64,000 nt of DNA from Hypanus sabinus (Eukaryota), in contig NC_082721.1 of NCBI RefSeq assembly GCF_030144855.1, positions 35,154,001 to 35,218,000 of the forward strand. The letters are read 5' to 3'. The notes below the pieces were generated by a model that saw only the letters and a program-made list of their open reading frames with translations, did not search any database and was not told the origin of the DNA. Below are positions 25,621-37,181 of the stretch, in pieces (position 1 is the stretch's first letter; every line of letters starts with the position of its first letter). The position numbers and the translations under genes are program-made.

Positions 25621-27162
25621 AGATTGAATAGGTGACTACATTATTCCTTGAAGCATAGGAGAATGAGGGGAGATTTGATAGAGTTATACAAAATTATGAG
25701 TGGAATAGATACGGTAATTGCAAGCAAGCATTGAGATTGGGTGAGACTGGAACTAGAGGTTATAGGTTAAAGGTGAAAGGTGAAATAATTAAGGGGATCT
25801 TCTTCACTCAGAGGACGGTGCCAGTGTGGAATGAGATGCCAGGGAAACTGGTAGATGCAGGTTCAACTGCAACATTTAAGAAAAGCTTGGATAAGTACAT
25901 AGTTGGGAGGGAGTATGGATGGCTATGATCCAGGTGTGGGTCAATGGAACTAAGCAGAATAACAGTTTAGCACTGACTAGATAAGCCAAAGGGCCTGTTT
26001 CAATGCTGTAGTGTGTCATGATTCTGATTTGATATGAAGTGGATTTATACAGATGAAGGAGACTAATTGATTTCTGATTAATAGTTTACGATACATTTTA
26101 AAGCTAAATCTAAGCAGCTAATGAGCTCTTAATTGATAGTGTAGAGAGTTGAGGCCACATCCTTAGTGGATTATGAATTTGTCCAATAGTTCAACACAAT
26201 GCAGTGCTTATTCAGCCTGTGGGTCTGCACCTCTTTTATTGGAGGTCCATGCCTGTAACTCTACTTTTCTTTTGCGTCCAACAATCACTATAAATATTTT
26301 TGGTCTTGCCTCCATAATCTTATCAAAATTTTGCACACCTTGTTGAAATGAATTAATCTGCTCTATGTCCACTTGATTCAACAGATAACCTTTGCCTTCT
26401 CCTCCATCTGTCTTGAGAAAATTACTATTTCCTTATTGTTTAGTACACTGACCAGTTGAGTTATCTACAAATTTCCAAGCAGTTCCTTCCCTCCAATCCA
26501 TTAATGTATTGTTACAAACATGAGTGTTTCCAGTATGCTACTTCAGATGTCCATGTATATCCCCCTTCAGTTTAAGCAACAGCCATTCACCAAAATACTT
26601 TTTGTTATGTGACAGCCAATTCTTAATTTGTGCATTTTATCCAATGGGTTTCAATTTTGATATTGCTGCTGTTTTTGTTTATTATGTATTGCAATAATTG
26701 TTGGGAAAGGTGCTTATGCAGTTAGGAATGTGTTAGTCTGAGATGTGGTCCACAATTAAGTAGCCTGTAAATATTTAACATTAATTCCTCTTGTTGGTTG
26801 CTTTCCAGGCACATGCACTAAGAAAAAGTACTTTTGTAACAAACACAACCAAGGGTACTGGATGTAGCAGGAAAAACCAATTCTTCTCCTCCCCTCCATT
26901 TCTTTTTTTTTTGCTTTCATTCTAATCAGAAATAGTTCAGCTGTATTAACACCAATTTATGAACTGAAATGGGATTAAATTACTTGCTTGTGTTAAGAGA
27001 TAACAGATTAACGTGTTACTTTTCGAATGGGGTTTTAAAATATATTTGAATTACTTACCTTCTTGAGGTCTCCTCTGTCTTGCTCTATTGAATGCTCCAA
27101 GATGTCAGATAATTTAATCCCATTTGATTGATGTTTGGGGAAATTGTTTCCAAATGTACAGT

Positions 27163-27834
27163 TCAAACTGTAGTAGAGGTAGGCTTCCTGACTGTTGATT
27201 GGGGATGTTCTGGATGCGATGCTGTTGTTACATTTGTTGTGGAAATGTTGTTGTTACAGATTTTCAGTGGTCTTTGATGAAGGCTGGGACTGAGTTGTGA
27301 TCTGGTGCAGCAGCCACATACATTAACATTGCATGCTTTTTGCTGTTGAACAGGTTGCTCAGGTTTGTTTGTGGAGCTGGTGTAACGGCCAAGGGGAAGA
27401 GAGTTTGGTAATGGTTTGGCCTCATCATCATCTTCCAGTTGATTTTGTGGCACCCACATTGGAGTATCAGAACTTGCACTACACTTTTCACAATTGCCCT
27501 CCAGATGGTCCGTAGTTGAATGTGTTCCATTGTGCATGAGAGTGCTGTTTATGTTGTAATTGTTATTTGTATAAAATGACTTTGCTGAATTTAACACCCT
27601 GACTGGTGTCCTCCTTGGGGGTGGTGGTGGGGGTTTGGATTTGCGAATCACCGTTAGGATAGCAGTTGATGTTGCCGTAGATCTGATAATCAGTTTTGGC
27701 CTGTCTTTAGATTTCTCCAGAGTAGACACTGTTACTCCACTAGAACTGCTGTCAAGGGTATCACTTTTGTAACTTTCATTTGTATCATCACACAGGTTTA
27801 GATTAGAGGTCAGTTGGTCTATTTGTCCCACCAC
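27163..27834 (-). CDS. PRR16/Largen-family protein, coding exon 2 (223 aa + stop); spliced product 271 aa
   Basis: Acceptor ttttcccttcctttctgacAG|GTG. VVGQIDQLTSNLNL..SYKSDTLDSSSSG..LEK..AILTVIRKSKPPPPPPRRTPV and C-terminal TVRKPTSTTV resemble PRR16 (VVDQIDTLTSDLQL..KTDTLNSSSSG..AILTVLRKPNPPPPPPRLTPV..TILRKSTTTTV). The ORF track's 'M' is the GTG Val after the splice site. Symbol left blank because orthology versus paralogy is unresolved. Confidence 0.92.
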   Translation of the reverse strand: MVGQIDQLTSNLNLCDDTNESYKSDTLDSSSSGVTVSTLEKSKDRPKLIIRSTATSTAILTVIRKSKPPPPPPRRTPVRVLNSAKSFYTNNNYNINSTLMHNGTHSTTDHLEGNCEKCSASSDTPMWVPQNQLEDDDEAKPLPNSLPLGRYTSSTNKPEQPVQQQKACNVNVCGCCTRSQLSPSLHQRPLKICNNNISTTNVTTASHPEHPQSTVRKPTSTTV

Positions 27835-28559
27835 CTGTCAGAAAGGAAGGGAAAATATTGTCAATCTGTGCATATTGTCTTACAACATAAAAGGTAGCCA
27901 TCCAATCTACTGGGTGTATGCCAGCTCTCAAGAGCATTCTATTATTATCATTGTCCCACTTATTTCCCTGTAACTTATTGTGTCTCTCATGACCATCACT
28001 TCCTCCTGATTCCTGTTACGTCCCTCCTTTTCCATTCCCATTTTTAAGTATCTCCGCCTAATTCAATAGCCATTCTAGATATCCTTAGTTTGCTTTTCAT
28101 CATGTTGGAAACTTATTTGATCTGATGACACCTCAGGAATCACAGAATATGTCACTATCCCTTAAAACCAGTGATGCAAGGTGAGGAGCAGGAATACTAA
28201 ACGTGTGCCCAGTGCTATCCAAAGTGAGATCAAAGCAAGCACAAGCTGTTACTCTGCACTAGTATGCACAGAATCATAACTGCAACTAATTGGGTGGACC
28301 ATCCAGGATGCATACCTAAAATGGGTGTGGCTTAATGTCACAACTACTGTTGTGTTAACTGTGCCTTAACTTTAGAAAGGGAATAAAAAGTTACTTGCAG
28401 ATTTTGCACTTGTGTGACCATAGGTGGACTAGATCTGTCAATTCCAGCTAGTTATTTCTTTCTTATGCTACATTCTTGTTCATTCTTGGGAGAAGTAGTG
28501 ATGCAACAATTTGGTTGTGGAGAGTTCATTAATGATGAAGGAAGAAAATATTCTTTGTA

Positions 28560-29190
28560 CATGGATTGTACATATTGGACACTAGGTGCTATAATGAAGG
28601 ACATGTCAAATTGGCTTGAGAAGGATGTTTCAGGGAGAAGTGATGATTTTGGTTTAGGTTGGGAAAATATCATCAAGTATTCCAGTTCAAAAGGTAGGTA
28701 CCCAGATTCAGAAACTAAATTTTAAAAAAACAGAGCCACTAGAGTTACATTTTTACATAAGAAAAGTTTTACTTTCTGTAAAAGGTCTATAGCAAAGATT
28801 TGCAAGATTAGTTCCAGGGATGGCAGGTTGGTCATTGGAGGAGAGCTGTGGAGACCGGGACTTATTTTTGAATTTGGAAGAATAATAGAAGACCTCATTA
28901 AAATGTACAAAGCTTGACAAAGACTTGACAGGCTAAACGCAGAGTATGTTTTCCATGTATGAAGAGTCTAAAACCAGGAGCCGTTTCAGAATAAGTAGTA
29001 GACTGATCTGAATAATGTTCTTTAAACTTTGGAATTCTTTATCCAGGTGGGCCCTGCAGGCTAAGTAACAGAGTTGATTCAAAGTGGTCAATAGATTTCA
29101 GAATATTAAGAAAATCAAGATTTATGCTGATGTAGCAGGAACATGGTGCTAAGATAGATTTGCATGAGTTTATTGAATGGCGTAGCAGAC
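28560..29190 (+). mobile_element. Very old CR1 3' remnant
   Basis: EDLIKMYKA..LDRLN..SKTRS remnant (~28885-28985) and CR1-type tail at ~29140-29190. Confidence 0.5.
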
Positions 29191-29221
29191 AAAGAGATTT
29201 TGTCAAATGCCTTACAAAAGT

Positions 29222-30380
29222 CCATACAAGACCATGAGACATAGGAGCAGAATTAGGCCATTCAGGCCATCGAGTCCACTCTGCCGTACCATCATGGCTG
29301 ATCCCAGATCCCATTCAACCCCATGCAGCTGCCCTTTCACATTCTTCCTTACTTCTGTTCTGAAAGGTTGTCCCTCAATTTTGAGGTTATGCCCTCTAGT
29401 TTTGGATACTCCCACCGTCCTCTCCACATCCACCTTTTCTAGTCCTTTCAACATTCAAAAGTTTTCAGTGAGATCCCCACGCATTCTTCTAAATTCCAGA
29501 CAGTGCAAGCTGAAAGCTGCCAAATGCTCCTCATACGTTAACCCCTTCATTCCTGGAATCATCCTCATGAACCTCCTCTGAACTCTGTCCAGTGGCAACA
29601 CATCCTTTCTGCGATAAGGGGCCAAAATTGTTGACAATACTCCAATTGCAGCCTGACTAGTGTCTTATAAAGTTTCAGCATTATCTTTTTGTTTTTATGC
29701 TCTATTTTCCTTGAAATAAATGCCAACAATACATTTTCCTTCTTTACCACAGATTCAATCTGTGAATTAACCTTCTGGGAGTCTTGCACAAGCACTCCTA
29801 AGTCCCTTTGCACTGCTGATGTTTGAATTTTCTCCCAGTTTAGGTAATAGCCTGCACTATTGTTCCTTTTACCAGAATACATTATCCTACATTTCCCAAC
29901 ACTGTATTCCATCTGCCATTTTGTTGCCCATCCATCCACTTTGTCTGAGACCTACTGCAATCGCATTGCTTCCTCGACCCTACCTACCCCTCCACCTATC
30001 TTTGTATCATCTGCAAACATTTCCGCAAAGATCAACTCCACTATCTAAATCACTGACAACCAATGTGAAAAGTAGCGTTCCCATTACTGACCCCTGAGGA
30101 ACACCACTAGTTACGGGCAGTCAATCTGAAAAGTCCCCCTTAATTCCCACTCACTGCTTCCTGCCTGTCAGCCATTTCTCTATCAATGCCAATATATTTC
30201 CTGTATCACCTTAGGATTTTATCTTGTTAAGCAGCCTCATGTGAAGCAACTTATCAAATGCCTTCTGAAAATCTAAGTAAGTGCCATCCACTGCCTCTCC
30301 TTTGTCCACCCTGCTTGTTACTTTCTTGAAGAATTCTAACAGATTTGTCAAGCAAGATCTCCCTTTACAGAAACCATGCT
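29222..30380 (-). mobile_element. CR1 LINE 3' fragment
   Basis: ORFs 30211-30405 (QHGFCKGRSCLTNLLEFF..YLDFQKAFDK), 29565-29939 (WQMEYSVGKC..QRDLGVLV), 29455-29637 (RRMRGDL); tail ctaattctgctcctatgtctcatggtcttgtatgg. Confidence 0.93.
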
Positions 30381-30389
30381 GACAGATGG

Positions 30390-30725
30390 ACAAAGTCCAC
30401 ACCATACCTTAGTCATTCTTCTTCGCTACCACCTCCAAAGACCCTACCACTGATGTACGGTTCACTAGACTGTTGTTACCTGACATTAGCTATCTGTAAT
30501 GCTTCTGGCAATTCACTGTGGATAATGAAGGTGCAAAAATCTCTGTCAGGGAACTTACTTCCCATAAGATCCTGGGATAGATCTTATCAGGCCCTGAATT
30601 TATCCACCCCTCTGCAGTTCATGACTTTTAACATTTGCTGCTTCTTAATAGTGACCTACTTCAGATTGTTCAACTACCCTTCTCTGAACTCATTGTCCTT
30701 CCTCTTGGTGAATACAGAGAAAGAC
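30390..30725 (-). mobile_element. Older CR1 remnant
   Basis: Reverse strand SVFTKRK.., KVMN..GVDKFRA*, LFCTFIIHSELPEALQIANV, SLVNRTSVVGS resembles CR1 ORF2 upstream of RT. Confidence 0.5.
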
Positions 30726-32929
30726 TTAGTGGCTGAGTTCATATAGATCTTGGCTAGATATAGAAATCCCTGTAAAATGAGCAAGTCGTAACATAAATGT
30801 TCAACTCAAAGTTGTATTATAATTGAAAATGTGTGATGTTGCTGAATCTCCTTTAAAGTAAACCATTCTTTATGATTTTATTAGTAAAGGAATATTACTG
30901 AGAAAACGGAATAAATGGGCAAATTTTAATGTAATCAGACCAATAGCTTTGTGTTTTATTATTAAAAGAGATGATTAAAGGTGAGAAAAGTGTTTGGAAC
31001 TAATGGTTAATGCTGAACGTCTTAAGCACAAAATGAAGTCCTAATCTGAGATGGTTGGATAATGAATATAAGGGATATTCTTTTAATTTGAAACGCTATT
31101 TGTAACTTACCCAGGATAAAATGAAATAACTTCAGAAGTAATGGACTCTTTTGAGGACATCATTAAAATGTATTATCCTGAGATATTAAACTAACTTAAT
31201 TCCATATGTGTCGTCAATGCTTATCAAATAAATACCTTTGTGGAAATAATAAATGTTTTAAAATGTTCCATATATTGGTTTTCCAATCTAATCAATATTC
31301 CATGCTGCTTTTGTAAAGTAGAAGTGTTTCATAACCTCAATAGTTGTTAAATCGCTGAATATTCAAAATTTAGTTAAATAAGCAACATAATATGAGAAAT
31401 TTAATTACTAAATGAGCACTCACTGCATTTTGACTTTATCTCACCCATGCCCATCTTTAATTCATTTTTGTATTTTACAGTGAAGAATGTCTGTGCTATG
31501 AAATTTCATAAGTTTTGTTTCAGTAATACCTTACATCCACCATTCAACATATTCATTTTGAACTTCTTACTTGCAAAATGATGATTATGCCAAACAGTGA
31601 GCTGAAAGTAACTTGATTCAAGATAACTTCAAACAACTTTGGCATTGGATTCAGAGGGGGATTTAGAATGGAAAATATCCTGCAAATCCTAGGACAGAAT
31701 TCTATATGAATTAAGAGACAACAATGTATTATAGCAACATTATTTAGTACTTGCATTGAAACTCACATTATATAAGTGATGTCTAATTCGCCCCTACTTT
31801 AGTTGGTGGAATAGTGCAATGGTCTTATAAGTGAATGAAAAGTTGCAGACCTCATCAAACTGCTTGGTACAGACTAATGCTCACTCTTTTCTACTCGACT
31901 AGTCTCAGGAAAACACCTTCCAATACACCAATGTGGCAGTTTTCTATTTGTTATATTAACTAATCTGTAGCACTCTCTGTCAAAGTGATGATTCCATGTA
32001 GAGGTAGCTCTCTCACATCAACAATCTTAATTTTAATTGTGGGGGAAAAATAGGGTCCTTTATTGTGCATCAGTTTTGGACAATATGCAAAGGGACTTGC
32101 ACCACAACCTGATGATAAAGAGCTACAGCAACAAAGTTGGTCCCTTTGTCTAAATACATATACCATTTACAACCAGATGGGTGAATTAGTGGCATTCATA
32201 GGCGGGTACAATCTAACAGCCATTCTTGAGAAACAAACATTAGGAATGAAATCTGTTGTGATATTTAACTTTTGTAAGAGATAAACTAAATAGAAGAGTG
32301 GTGGGCAGTCCTGATATTAAAGAAAGGGGATAACAGAAAAAGAAAGGATCATAGTTCAGGAAATCAAGTAGAACTCGCTGGTGAAAAGTGAAACAAGATA
32401 GGATAGAAAACATTGGCAGTTGCGTATAGACATCCAGATAGGAAAAAATAATGTTGGATGCAACATATATTAGGAAATTATAGAATTATGTGAAAATCAT
32501 GATGGACTTTAATCTATATATTTGAACTAAGCATGAATATCAAGAGTAGCAAGGTTATTTATAGGTTGAGAGGCTGTGTGTTTAATGCCACAGATTTCTG
32601 CGAACACCTAGAGAATGAGAACAATCTATTTCAATTAATTAGGTAGGATCAAGTTAGTATAATTCACTGATAATTCATTGTATAGGCTGTAGAGAGGCTT
32701 CAGGGATATAGATAGGCCAACTATATGAATGGCGAGTGGAAAATATTGTTGAAAAATGTGAGATTATAGAGATTATATAACATAGAAAGATTTTTTTTAA
32801 TAGGAGAAATTGAATGGTATTGCTGTGCTTCTATCAAGTCGTTGAAAAATAACGTGCAAGTTCAACAGGCAAAATAAGGGAAATAGTTGGCACTTATTGC
32901 AAGAGGAGAGACACTTCAGTTATACAGGC

Positions 32930-33826
32930 CCATAACTCTAATTTTTAGTAGTCAGTGTGCACAAAAATCTTATGTTGTGCAAATTATCTTCCTGTGACAA
33001 AAGTATGTGCACACTCAATGCACACATGGTACAATTTATGTAGGTTTACAAAATATTTGACATAAAACTGCACAGAATAGCAACAAAATAACATACATAT
33101 TTAAGTCACTCAGTTATTTTTTTCTCTCTCCTGTCTTTGGCATTTACCCATTCTTTGTAAACTCTATCTAGACTAATAGAACTTAAATGCGATTTACTTG
33201 CCAAATGGTGCTTCAAAAAGTCAAGTTTCCAAATATCATCCCACTTTTTTCCACTGGCAAATTCTCCAGCAACTTTCGGATCACGACAATACCAACAGAT
33301 ATACCAACAGTTTCTGAATCATACATAAGTAATTCTCGTAGCTGAACGTCCATGACCTCATGAGCTTTCGGTGTAGCGGTTTCTACTATTTTGTTAAGCC
33401 ACTCAACTTTAAGCAAATTTGCAATTCTTTTGCGCTTCACGCCCTTCGCTTCTTTTGAATTCAACCTAGTGAATCAATATTTTTTTCAATAAAAACTTAG
33501 TAAGCTATCTACAGGATTTGAAACAGATCTTTGTAAACTTTACGATATGAACACTGTCCGCCAAAGATGGCTGCTGCCATGATGCAGCTGTACAAACTGG
33601 AACAGGAAAGGGGAGGTGATGTAAATTAGTGATGTGCATTGTTGTATTTGAAAATGGACTAACTTGTTAACAGAAACATTTAGCTAAAAGATTATTTTCA
33701 ATAAGTGTAATTATGAATTACTACATTATTTTAGGTAACTAACCTTTTGTGTGCATATTAATTTCCTTTGTGCGCTGGTTGAAAATGTGTGTGTGTACGT
33801 GCACATGCACAGCTTAGAGAAAACGT
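32930..33826 (-). mobile_element. Non-autonomous hAT-like DNA transposon with TTF-type zinc-finger remnant
   Basis: Residual TIR cores CTCTAA (32936) / TTAGAG (33814); tgtgc/gcaca-rich subterminal regions; ORF 33213-33464 frameshifts into ICWYCRDPKVAGEFASGKKWDDIWKLDFLKHHLASKSH (CxxC..HxxxxxH). Confidence 0.65.
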
Positions 33827-34036
33827 AGCCTATATATGCGAGTTCATATCTAGAAAATATGTATAGGTGTGTTCTAGCTGCCTACCTAAGTAAGGATATA
33901 CTTAGGATCGGACTGCTCAGCAAATTGATTTCTCTGACTGCAGGCTTGTTACATGAGGACTTTATAGGATGAGAGGTGATCTCACTGAAATGCACAAAAT
34001 TCTTTTGGGCCTTGATAGAGTAGACTGCTCTGATTT

Positions 34037-34705
34037 AAGATGGTGCTGGTGAAGCACAGTGACAATTTGCGGGCAGCAAACAATATTACTGTCGATAGCT
34101 TGTAATTTCCTTCTCAGAGTTGAGCTTTTGAGCCACCTGTTCAACTTGGCATCTTATTGGAGTGAACTGAAGTTTCAAAGGTGCAGGATGGTTGCAGTGT
34201 GGAGTGTCTGGGGTGAATTGAGGTGGCCGGGCCTGGGCCCGAGAGCAGGAAATGAGCCCACGTTTGGCCATTGTTGGAGTGGATTTGGAGTTGATTCGAA
34301 GTGGCAGAACCAAGGCGAAGCAGAGTTAAGACGATGGGACCTGGGGCTGAGAAGAGAGCAAAGAACCGAGGTCTGGCTGATTTAAGTGCTGGGCAAGATT
34401 GAAATGGTCAGGGTGTCGAGGCAGGAAGAGAGGGACATGTCAGTGTTCAGCTGGCTGCTCTGCTTGTGATGACTGTCTTTGTGGCTGTGGATTTACTTTC
34501 ATGAACTGCACTTCTGAATGTTATTTGCTTACTTTTATTATTTGCAAAATTTAATTTTTTCTGCACATTGTGTGTTGGATGTTCTTTTTTAATGGGTTCT
34601 GTTGGGTTTCTTTGTTTAACGGCTGTCTGTAAGGAGGCAAATAACAAGGTTGTATATAGTATGCATACTTTGATAATAAATGTACTTTGAACTTTTGAAC
34701 TTTGA
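34037..34705 (+). mobile_element. Non-autonomous retroelement with Rex/Babar-type 3' end
   Basis: Starts aagatggtgctg; no RT; ends tactttgataataaatgtactttgaacttttgaactttga, the same tail as the coding Rex copy at 7973-10160; interrupts a CR1. Confidence 0.7.
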
Positions 34706-36384
34706 GATGTTATCCATGGGTGAGGTGTCTGGAACCAGGGGTCATGGACTGTACAAAGGGACAGCCATCCTGGACTGAAACAAGACATTTCTTCAATAAA
34801 GTATGATGAATCTTTGGAATTCTCTGTCCTAAATGGCCGTGGACACTCAGTTGCTAACCATATTCAAGAGAAAGTGATAGACTTTCAGATGTTACTAGAC
34901 ACTTAGAAAATATGCATGTTGTAAGTCACAGATATGTGGAAGGGTGGAAAGAACAAAGGATTGCTTGTTACAGGATGGAGACCAAAAGCTGCCAAATCCT
35001 ACAATTATTTTCTTGCCATCTTTGAGTGGGAGCTGATCTACCTAGAGGAGTGCATGAACAGGGGCAGTAGAGAGAGAACACATAATCATGTTGGACCTGA
35101 GGTGCAGAAAACTACAGCGAAAGAGGATGCTAGAAAGATTCAATGTTCGGACGACATCTTAGGGAGAAAGAGAAACTGAGTTAATGTTACAGCTAAATGA
35201 CCTTACTTCTGAACTGGCTAGTTCTGACACAAGCATAAAACGCTTGTTCACAGAAATTGCTGAATTCAATAGTGACATCAGGGATCTCAAAGTTCTCAGA
35301 TGGAAGATATACTTCTTGTCCTTGAGCTTATGTTAGAAAACTGGAAAAATGGAAAAGAGTACCGTTTCTAGATAAATGGCGACGTGCTCAGACAGAGCAA
35401 CCTCTCGGCGGACAGCCAAAAGTGACTTTGTCTTTTCTAAATATCTGTCTTACAGTCACAAGACAATACTGGACATTAAGAACTTCCAAGTAATGTAGTT
35501 CTACCCCATTAGCAAGTTGCTCGTTGGTGGAAGAGCTGGATTTGATGAGGACCATGTTGCTGCCTGCTGCAGAAAGGCATCAGAACTGGTGTGTGAAGGC
35601 AGTGTGCAGTTTAACAATGAGCGATTGCCTCATTGGAAAGATACTAGCATGGACAGAGAGACGGCAAAGAATGGTAACAAAGGGGAACTTTTCCAGTTAG
35701 CTGATGGTGGCTAGTGGTGCTGCACAGGGGTTTGTGCTATTTTTGTTGTTATATGTTAATGATCTGAATGACAAAACTGATAGCTCTGTGGCCAAGTTTG
35801 TGGATGATCCAAAGGCAGGTCGAGGGGCAGGTAGTATTGAAGAAGCAGGGAGTCTGCAGAAGGACTGTGACAGATAAGGAGAATAGGCAAAGAAGTAACA
35901 AATGGAATACTGTGGAGTAAAGTGTATGGTCATGCACTTTGGTAGAGGAGTAAAGACATTGACTATTTTCTAAATGAGGAGAAAATTCAGAAATTGGGGG
36001 TGCACAGAGACTTGTAAGTCTTTGTGTAGGATTCCCTGACGGTTAACTTGGAGGTTGAGTTGATAGTAAGGAAGGTAAATGCAATGTTGGCATTCATATC
36101 AAAAGCACTAGAATATTAAAGAAAGGAGGTAGTGCTGAAACTTTAGTACTGGTCAGATCGCATTTGGAGTATTGTAATCAGATTTGGTCCTCATTTCTGA
36201 GAAAGGACATGCTGGCATTGGAGAGGTTCCTGAGCAGGTTCACAAGAACAATCCTGGGAATGAAAAGAGTCAACATATGAGTAGTGTTTTATGGCTCTGG
36301 GGCAGCACTCACTGGAGTTTTGAAGAATGGAGGGAAGATCTCATTGAAATCTGCTGAATATTGAAAGGCGTAGTTAAAGTGGGA

Positions 36385-36943
36385 TTCCTTAAGGGGATCA
36401 TAGTTGGGGGAGGTATTGGAGGGATAAGCTCCCACTACCTATTAAATGCTCCCAATGGTGTGCATCTCATATAGCTTCTGACAACTAAGTCCAGCTTCTG
36501 GCCTTTACATATGGCTTAGCTACTAAGCCTGGATGCTACTGATAGGAGCTGAGCTACTGGCACCTTAAAACCAATTGCTTTGGGCAGATGGGGCTCATCA
36601 GCTGTGGTTGGCAGCTCATCTAGGAGCAGGCAAACTCTGCTGCCTTGAGGCTGTACCCACTCACGGGGAAGGCCTCAGGAGTAAACCCCGAGGGAACAAT
36701 CTGGAGCTGTAGTCGCCAAGACAGAGTTACACTGAGCTCAATGCTGACTGGCAACACCGATGATGTCACTGGTGTCAAACTGTATCAGTCTCTGCCATTC
36801 CTTTGAATTCATCAGCTACATGGCGAGAGGGAGCCTGCTGCGTGGTCCACAGCTTGCTCTCCATAATGTACTGGCCTGGCTTGCATATCATGTAGACAAT
36901 TAGGATGCAATATCCATGGTCAACCCTGACTGACGAAGGGCCT
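36385..36943 (+). mobile_element. Non-coding non-autonomous retroelement (RTE-associated-like); second partial copy at 41650-41915
   Basis: Interrupts CR1; 36663-36943 aligns by eye to 41652-41915 (ggggaaggc..gtaaaccccgaggga..ggagctg..gctgactggcaac..cagcttgctctccata..gactg). Confidence 0.7.
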
Positions 36944-37071
36944 GAAAAAGATGGAATAGACATGGAGAGGACGCTTCCAATAGTGGGGGAAGTCTAGGAC
37001 CAGAGAGGACAGCCTTCTGGAATATCTGTTTGGAACAGAGGTGAGGAGGAATTTCTTTATCCAGAGGGTAG

Positions 37072-37181
37072 AGAATCTGGGGAATTCATTCCCATAGGGA
37101 GTTGTGTAGGCCGAGTCATTAGGTATAGAATCTGTGGAATTCATTTCCATAGGTGGTTTTGAAGGCCAAGTCACTAAGTAT
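37072..37181 (+). repeat. Diverged 55-bp tandem duplication inside CR1 3' region
   Basis: agaatctggggaattcattcccatagg..gtcattaggtat followed by agaatctgtggaattcatttccatagg..gtcactaagtat. Confidence 0.8.

Larger units (their letters stand above)
23290..26027 (+). mobile_element. Degenerate CR1 LINE (interrupted twice)
   Basis: RPVSLMSVAGKLLE, QHGF, VYM|DFSK.FDKV split at 23878/24739, FEDDTK, WQMEFNADKC, GTRGYRLKVKGE (ORF 25731-25928), CR1 tail at ~25990-26027. Confidence 0.88.
32130..34900 (+). mobile_element. Very old CR1 remnant hosting two later insertions
   Basis: CLNTYTIYNQMGELVA..YNLTAILE (endonuclease start), VAYR, IMMDFN remnants; RMRGDLTEMHKILLGLDRVD at ~33967-34026 resumes as gatgttatccatgggtgaggtgtctggaaccagggg at ~34706. 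Confidence 0.6.
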
